From Macrostomum lignano (taxonomy: Eukaryota): DNA of 27,620 bases. Under the pieces are notes generated by a model. The model worked only from the letters and a program-made list of their open reading frames with translations, was not told where the DNA came from and did no database searches. A program made the translations under genes and the position numbers. The stretch spans positions 1 to 27,620 of the forward strand of contig NIVC01005055.1 of assembly GCA_002269645.1 (NCBI GenBank), read 5' to 3'. This document shows, piece after piece, positions 21,101 through 27,620 of the stretch (its first letter is position 1; each line of letters starts with the position of its first letter).

Positions 21101-23585
21101 TCGGCTGAAAAATAGAATTGCACTTGTGTAATTGAAAGTTCCACTCAGTGGTGATTAGGGTATTCATATTTCTAACGGTGAAATTATTCATGGTAAACTA
21201 ATTTATTTGAAATGTTATTTTTACCTATACATTACCACATATTGTGAAATAAAATGCTTAGTTGATAAGATAACAAACTTCTTACGGACGGGCGGGGTGA
21301 TTGTCGTATCGCCAGGTAGTCCAGAAAATTGGCAATTTATAGTAGCGATGCATAATACGGCCAAATTCTGATGCATATCAATCAATGTGTGAATTAATTT
21401 AAAGTCATGAGAATGGTGCGCTTGCTGAAATAATCAAGAAAACACTCTACCAACTGAATAAGTATATTAGCAATTTTTTAAAATGAACATAATTGTTTTA
21501 TAACTAACGTGCGCGACGACCACACTTTGATTGCAAACTGGGTGCAGAATGCACTTTCTAATGTGGCCCATGTCACTGTGCCAAATTGAAAAATATCGAT
21601 GAGCCGTTTCGTCAGTATGGAGATAAAATAAAGTCGACACTTCGCTGTTTCTGCAAGCTGCAAAAACAAACTTTAATTGAACCAGCTTAAGCAGATTTTC
21701 GATTGTTTTTAGCAATAAATTTACTTTCCTTACAAGAACTAGGAAGGTCAGAAACACAGAATTGAAATTTGAATCCGGATTTGACCACTGAACCGTCCGT
21801 TCGGAACACAAGAGTCACACTGCCAGTGAATGTTGTCTGTACTCCATTGTGGTCACCACCCGTTAGGTTAAACAGAGACATATTACCAATGCTTGGTACG
21901 ACGCCCTGAAATACTTGCAGCATGTCATATCCTTTTTCAGTGCGGAATGAGGCGAAATTTATCCAGACCGATTGTAAGTTCTTGGCCTGAATGCTCCAAG
22001 CTACTCTCAAATTGTTCGAATACTTTTGCGCTCGAAAGTCGGGATGACTGTATCGTTCTCCACTAATAGCTTTTATCATTTCTGTGGCAGGATCTGCATT
22101 TTATATGGACATACATGTATTAGAATAGTTGCAGTAAATGACGATTTTTAGCGATTTTTCAGTGTTACTTTTGTTTACATCACATTAAATAATTGCTATA
22201 GGGCAGATAGCTAGTTAAATGTGATTTTACCTAATTGTAGTAGTGCAGGCTTGGGAATTGTTAGGGGTTATGATAGACAAGGGAGTTTGGGAGTTTTTTT
22301 ACCAGTATAGAGCAGTTGGGCTCTAGAAAAGGAAGTCATGTAGCTCATCTCGGGACTTAGAAAAACAGAAGCAACTGGAGCTTAGGGTCAGCTAAGATTA
22401 AGCGAGTTAAGACCAGGGAATTAGGATTGGGAATACATAAAACTACTATCAGTAGTTTTCGCTAGTAACAGCACACTATGGTAGTCATTATGTTGCACTC
22501 GGGAACTAATAATGCCTTGCAACTAATTGCATATCACTTTTCTAATTATAATCTTTCGAATTATAATAACAATTATGGATTCCTGTCTTAATTATTTAGT
22601 CTTACATAATGAGAATTAAGAACAGCAGAGAACCTGGCTGGTGGCAGCAAATACCAATTCAAGCCAGTATCCACTAAGAACCAAAACGAGTAAAATAACA
22701 AGTAGCCTAGACCGGGCAAGCCACGGCGAAGTTTTCTTTTGTGCCGATAAGTTTATACAAATGTAGTTGACTAGACAGGGAGGGAATGATTATCCAAATT
22801 TCGGTGGCACTTGTCAATAAAATTATACACGGATTCGATGTGAAAGTGAAAAACTTCAAGGACAGATGAGTATAATCAAATTTGAACTTTCTGAAAATAC
22901 AGCACTATGAAGAGCTATATTATGTCAATATAAATATTTCCATAGATTTTCCCACAAAACAAAAAACGAATGCATTCAGCAACTAAGACTGCGTAAAAAA
23001 CTTACTGACATAATAACTGTCTCCCATAAAACTTGCACCAAACGTGGCCCTGTGCTTGTATCGAAAACTGAAACCCACGTTCCATCCCACGCCGTTGCTT
23101 TTGCATCGTAGTAGAACAGGGCCAGCGAGCCAGAACTCTGAGAGAGACGATTTTCCAGACGACAAACGGAACCTCTCTGTAGCATTACTTGGCGATTCCG
23201 ATCTTTCGTACAAGTGAACTGTGCGGCAAATGCTCAAATATATAAAAAGGGTGAACTGTATCTCAACTGCATTGTTAGTGCTGAGCAGCCAACAGTGATC
23301 AACATTGACACTAGGTCCTCGGTAGTTTACATTCGAGGAATTAGCCTGGACAATACCTTCTGGTTCGCTTAGAATTGTATTTATTGAGCATGAAGCTGGT
23401 TTTTCGTGTGAAAAGTAGATTAAGTAAAATAGGTAGAATATTAAATTTACGTAGAAAATTTTAAATGGTTGCACACCTGTTTATTTCTTGTTTTATAGAG
23501 CTTGTGAGAAGAACTTACCTCCAAAACTATCAGTGCTTAGTAGTAAAACCAAAAAAATTTTCCAATCCAGTTGTAACCGTACCAT
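18195..23585 (-). CDS. Gene B: paralogue, SP-CUB-CUB-4x novel repeat (b-a-b-a)-TM-RNSSK*; 720 aa as sequenced
   Basis: Exons 23585-23519, 23395-23006, 22093-21734, 21657-21509, 21424-21286, 21104-20938, 20865-20715, 20640-20483, 19790-19640, 19084-18918, 18834-18684, 18307-18195; GT-AG, phases compatible, 2163 nt open; each aligns with a gene A exon. Acceptor at 19085 is a weak AAG; exon 8 donor could instead be 20477. TM ALIGLAVATVVSVLVAAFFFA. Confidence 0.82.
20132..20184. mobile_element. 53-bp TIR-only hAT-like miniature element
   Basis: 22-bp TIRs cagggactactc(g/a)aacatgttt (21/22), 9-bp spacer, perfect 8-bp TSD aaatatgt. Confidence 0.85.
20261..20284. repeat. 24-bp perfect palindrome tttaccttgatcgatcaaggtaaa
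   Basis: Direct reading, no loop. Confidence 0.9.
21734..23395 (-). CDS. Gene B exons 2-3: CUB1 (23395-23006) and CUB2 (22093-21734)
   Basis: DHCWLL...ICRTVHLY...LLRC...GFSFRY; KYSNNLRVAWSI...FASFRTEKGYDMLQVF...FRTDGSVVKSGFKFQF. Confidence 0.88.
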
Positions 23586-24556
23586 TCTTTTATGCGTGTT
23601 TGAAGAATCTATAGCGAAAAGTTCCTATGTTCTGAATAAATTTTGTTGTCTTGAAGAACCTTAAAACAAGATGCTTTAACTTAAGGCTGTGTAAATGGGT
23701 TCTATAATATATTTAGTCTCTCTATCCGTGGCCGCAAGAACAAGTCTACTTGTTGAATTTCACATGAAAGTTAAATATATCAAAGCAGGAGAACAACAGG
23801 GACATGGAGTGTAGAATCGTAGAGTTAAATCTCAGAATAGATCGATTTTCTTTAACTGTAATATAGCGACGAATTTGGTTCAGGCTTGGTTATATACTGT
23901 ATACCGATAGGATCGAGGCTTCATAACACTCTAGTGGTGTATCGATAGTTTCGTGGCGCAGAACCAGTTGTTGAAGAAAATGCTTTGTTTTGCGCATTTG
24001 TATCAGTGCGCGCTGATAAACTTGCACGCCTTTCGTCGCTTGATTTAAAAAAAAATTTTGTGACCAATTTCGAATCACACAAGAAGTATACGAATGTGAT
24101 ACGCTTGTATTCGTGGACTTGCAAGGGGTGGCAACAGAGGGGTCCAAGCAGCTCGGATTGGACTAAAAGTCTAAATTTGACCACCAAATGCAAATGGAAA
24201 AAGCCAAGATCAATTCTTGCAACGTTTTCTATCAAAAAGTCAATTTAATATTAGACTAGCTGTCTTCATTCATTCTGTCTTTCATATTTATACTAAAGGA
24301 CTACATATCATTGCTAATTAAAAAGACAATAAACTAAGACGCATTTTATAGCCTGTGTTTTTGTACGCGCGACGCATGATTAAAAAAAGCAAATTAACGA
24401 AAGAAGACAATTTTAATTCAATTTTTTCAATTTTTTACGCATCAAATGGCCTAAACAGAGTAAAATTGTTGAGAGCGTAAGAAAAAAATACGTGACAAAC
24501 CAATTGGAGAGTTTTTTCTGGCTGACATACATGTACAGTAATTATACCTAAGGACC

Positions 24557-24762
24557 ATCCGGTACAGCAATCTGCCGTCGGCAACGTCGACCGACGTTTC
24601 TGACATGTATCGACGTTGCTGGCGCTGGTCACTTTTATATCACACGACGTTCCTCCGACGCATAACGTCGTTTGCCGTCGATTTAATGTAAAAATACACA
24701 TTTGCTAGCGACGTCCATCGACATCGACGATGCGTCGGCGAGCGTCGGAATGCTTTGCGGGT
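24557..24762. mobile_element. Degenerate MITE-like CpG-rich insertion with many cgacgt/acgtcg motifs
   Basis: Sharp CpG-rich block in AT-rich DNA; weak terminal inversion (atccggtacagca / tgctttgcgggt); no clear TSD. Confidence 0.45.
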
Positions 24763-25460
24763 GTAAGATCTCAATTTTCAGCAAAATTTTGAATTTTCAA
24801 ATAAAAATCATTCACAGAGACAGAAAGTAGCGAGAAAATTTTACAAAAAATTGAAGACGCAATGAAAAAAGATAAATCTATAGGCTCAACAAAATATTAC
24901 ACGCATAAAATTTGTGAGAAAAGCTTATCTGTTTGTGGACTTAACACAGCAACTTTGCTATAGTTGAGATTTACTTGCCACGTACTAATCATTGGCAGCT
25001 TGCTTGGGCAATGCGAGTTTTTTTATTTTTATTCATACAAAATAATCAAATGGCATACACTAAATTAGATAGCGCATCCAGCGATTCCAAAAATGATTTG
25101 CAAAAAAAACTATTTAACACTCGAATGTAATTCAAGCATGCAGTTTCATAACTTTTTATGCACCAGCAATATTTTTTGCAAGTAGTGTCAAAGCTGAACT
25201 ATTTGTCGTCGGAACTATAGAAGTCTTTATCAACTATCTTTGCATTTGAATTCAACATTATTTGCACCTTTATTGGCTTAAAAATGTGTAATTCATTAAT
25301 TAATTCACATGTAGTACACCTACCTATAAAATATCATGAGATTTCACAGCATTGTGTCGTCATCCCTTTTAGCAGTTTTACTAAATTAATTAGTTCCGAT
25401 TCTTGGACAAGTGGCAAGTTGAGTGCTTAATAATGTGCAAAACGTTAACCTTAGATTTAG

Positions 25461-26978
25461 TCAGCATGCACTCTTCCAAATCGTTGTAGCTGAAGTAGAC
25501 GCTCCGCCTTCGGTTGAGTGCCTCGACGGCTGTTGTGTCAGTGGTACAGATACAGATGCTGAGGCTAAGCCAACACCGCTGCTATTCTTCTGTCGTCGAC
25601 TTCCAAGAAGTCTGCGACCAGCCGCCGCGGAGACCGTTTCTGCATCTTCCTCTTCAGAACTGTCGTCCAAAGCTCTATTAGTGAAGCTGAGTCGATGCTG
25701 CAATGGAGGTGCCTGAGCTGGGGAAATATCACGTCGGAGATGCACTCCTCGACGAGGGTGCTGCGGCTGTTGCTGCATAGTCGAGGGAGGTGGCGGAGGC
25801 GGAGGCGGCGGTAGTGCCCTGGCGGGCTGGAAGAATATTGAATCGTCATCTTCCTCCTCAACGCAGACGTCGTATCGACCACCATGCGAGCCAGATGCCC
25901 GATCATCTTCATCTTCTTCGGCTTCGAAATCGTCTTCCTCTTCGTCGTCCAGATCGATTAGCCGTCGGGCAGGGGGCGGAGGCGGACTAGGCACCGATGC
26001 TATTCGGAACTCCATCGGTTCGCCACCATATTTACTCGCAACCCCTCCATGCTGATTCTTAAAATAGTTCTCCTCGTTGCACTCGCCGCACTCGTTTTCG
26101 TGGATCTGGGCGTGGGTGACGCGACGGACACCTGAGCTAATAAAAGAACTAGGCGGCGATCGTTGACGACTTTGCTGATTGCGTCGTCGGTTGTGTCGTG
26201 GGCGACCAAGGCTCGGATCTGCAGAGGACTCAGGGCGGACCGGCGAGGTTGGCGACTCGGCATGCGATTGTGTGCGGACGAGCTCGATGTCCGGTGCCGA
26301 TTGCGGACCATGTTGCGGGCCGATGCTCTGAGTCAGGTAGCGATATGTGACTCGCTTGGGCACGCGTGGACCCAGGTCGCTGTAGTTTCGAGTTAACGAC
26401 TTCTTCTGCTGCTTGGACTGACAGTCCTGGAGGATGGAGCGAAGGCCAGCAAGGCCGGAAGATTTTTGGGTCTGTTGCGGGGTTTGAGACGGCTGCGTAT
26501 CACTATCGACACTGCCACCGCCCGAGGAGCTGAGAAGAGGGCGCGCACTACTGCTGCTAATATTTCCGCCGCCACCACCTCCATGGTCACCGCCTCCGTT
26601 GTCGTCGTCGCCACCTCCACCGCCGCCTTCACTTCCAGCTGCACCACCACCTTCACCGTCATCTTCTCCTTCGTCAGCGTCATTCAGGGCGGCAACAGGG
26701 ACACCTTCGATGCCGCAGAACATAGCTCGCCTGTCCTCCTTGTACATGTCAATGAGAAGCTCGAGCTTTCGTTCAATGTCTTCCACCTGGTTATCAGAAG
26801 ATCAAATGTGTTAAACTATTATTTTTTCAATTAACTTTGAGTGCTAATCAATCCCAAAAAGTATATTTTCAATCTACTTACGGATCTCTCTACTTTAACG
26901 ATTCGTGAAGCTAGGCTGACTTTACTCTCGTAAACATCTTTGTCTTTGCTTCCCTGACGGCCCAGAATTTGGTCGAGC
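25461..26978 (-). CDS. KCNQ: KCNQ (Kv7) voltage-gated K+ channel, last two coding exons (26978-26882, 26786-25461)
   Basis: (R)LDQILGRQGSKDKDVYESKVSLASRIVKVERS|VEDIERKLELLIDMYKEDRR = end of helix C plus helix D, closely matching protostome KCNQ; GT-AG sites in phase. Upstream exons lie beyond the window. Confidence 0.93.
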
Positions 26979-27147
26979 CTGCGCAGTAGGTCAGTGGTAT
27001 CTATGTGAAATTTTATTCATTCTTACACTTACATGTACTTAGACCTGCACTTTTGAAGTACGCCATGACAATATACAAGCGTATAGAACGTGCTAACTTT
27101 TGCTATCGCTCTAGATAAGACTTTAGACATTCAAAATAAGACTGCAT

Positions 27148-27620
27148 AGGATCGCAAGCAAGGCCAGGCTAGCCACGGCCAGAGCAAGCCCAGTCTTGGC
27201 TGCAGGAATGGCTTGGCCATAGACTAAAAAATGGAATATCAAAATGAGAATAAGACGCTCAATATGAGACCAGGAGTGTGAAAGCCTTCAGATATCGCTC
27301 TAACCCTCTGACCCTCAGCCAGCTCTCCTTCTTCACCCCTTGGGTTGCATCTGACCCCTTGGATTTCACTGTGATGGCACCATCGATTTCTGCAGCAGAC
27401 CGTCAGCGTCTGATCGACGCAGTAAACAATGGATCAACCATCCTAGCTAGCTGTTTGTATGGTGACTGCCAAAAAGCAAATAAATTACGTTCACTCCCGT
27501 CTCATATTGAGCGTCTTATTCTCATTTTGATATTCCATTTTTTAGTCTATGGCCAAGCCATCCTGCAGCCAAGACTGGGCTTGCTCTGGCCGTGGCTAGC
27601 CTGGCCTTGCTTGCGATCCT
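27148..27620. mobile_element. Fold-back/MITE-like element with >=122-bp inverted arms in a KCNQ intron
   Basis: 27148-27270 is the reverse complement of 27499-27620 except one 1-nt indel; right arm reaches the window edge, so TSD cannot be seen. Confidence 0.9.

Noticed and set aside
23890-24248. Three overlapping 85-104 aa ORFs
   Set aside because: No recognisable motif or convincing splice context; upstream of gene B start.
25423-26834. Alternative-frame and antisense ORFs over the KCNQ tail
   Set aside because: Expected from GC-rich low-complexity coding sequence.
27030-27070. Candidate further KCNQ exon (ATGGCGTAC...gtaagt on -)
   Set aside because: Translation does not resemble KCNQ helix B-C; true upstream exon probably lies beyond the window.
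1-27620. Species assignment (e.g. a free-living flatworm such as Macrostomum)
   Set aside because: Protostome-type KCNQ and repeat content are suggestive only; cannot be established without a database search.

Overview
Intron-containing animal (invertebrate) genomic DNA, not prokaryotic. Left to right: (1) 1-3.7 kb, a decayed Ty3/Gypsy retrotransposon (- strand) whose integrase is split by a 236-bp solo LTR; (2) a non-autonomous hAT-type element carrying a G-rich minisatellite; (3) an orphan WSC-domain terminal exon (4730-5001, +) and a complete four-exon paralogue (6261-8969, +) encoding a secreted signal peptide-FTP/F-type-lectin-like x2-WSC protein; (4) two tandem paralogous multi-exon genes on the - strand (10674-14961 and 18195-23585) encoding type I membrane proteins: signal peptide, two divergent CUB domains, 3 or 4 copies of a ~105-aa Cys-containing repeat of two alternating subtypes that I cannot assign to a named family, a TM helix, and either a Tyr-containing tail (gene A) or a frameshift-truncated tail (gene B); (5) the last two coding exons of a KCNQ potassium channel (-). 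Introns carry a Penelope-like element remnant with a degenerate hammerhead ribozyme, a 53-bp TIR-only hAT derivative with perfect 8-bp TSD, and a long fold-back element. Gene models were built by hand from GT-AG sites, phase continuity and paralogue alignment; none is transcript-verified and domain names rest on motif recognition, not searches.
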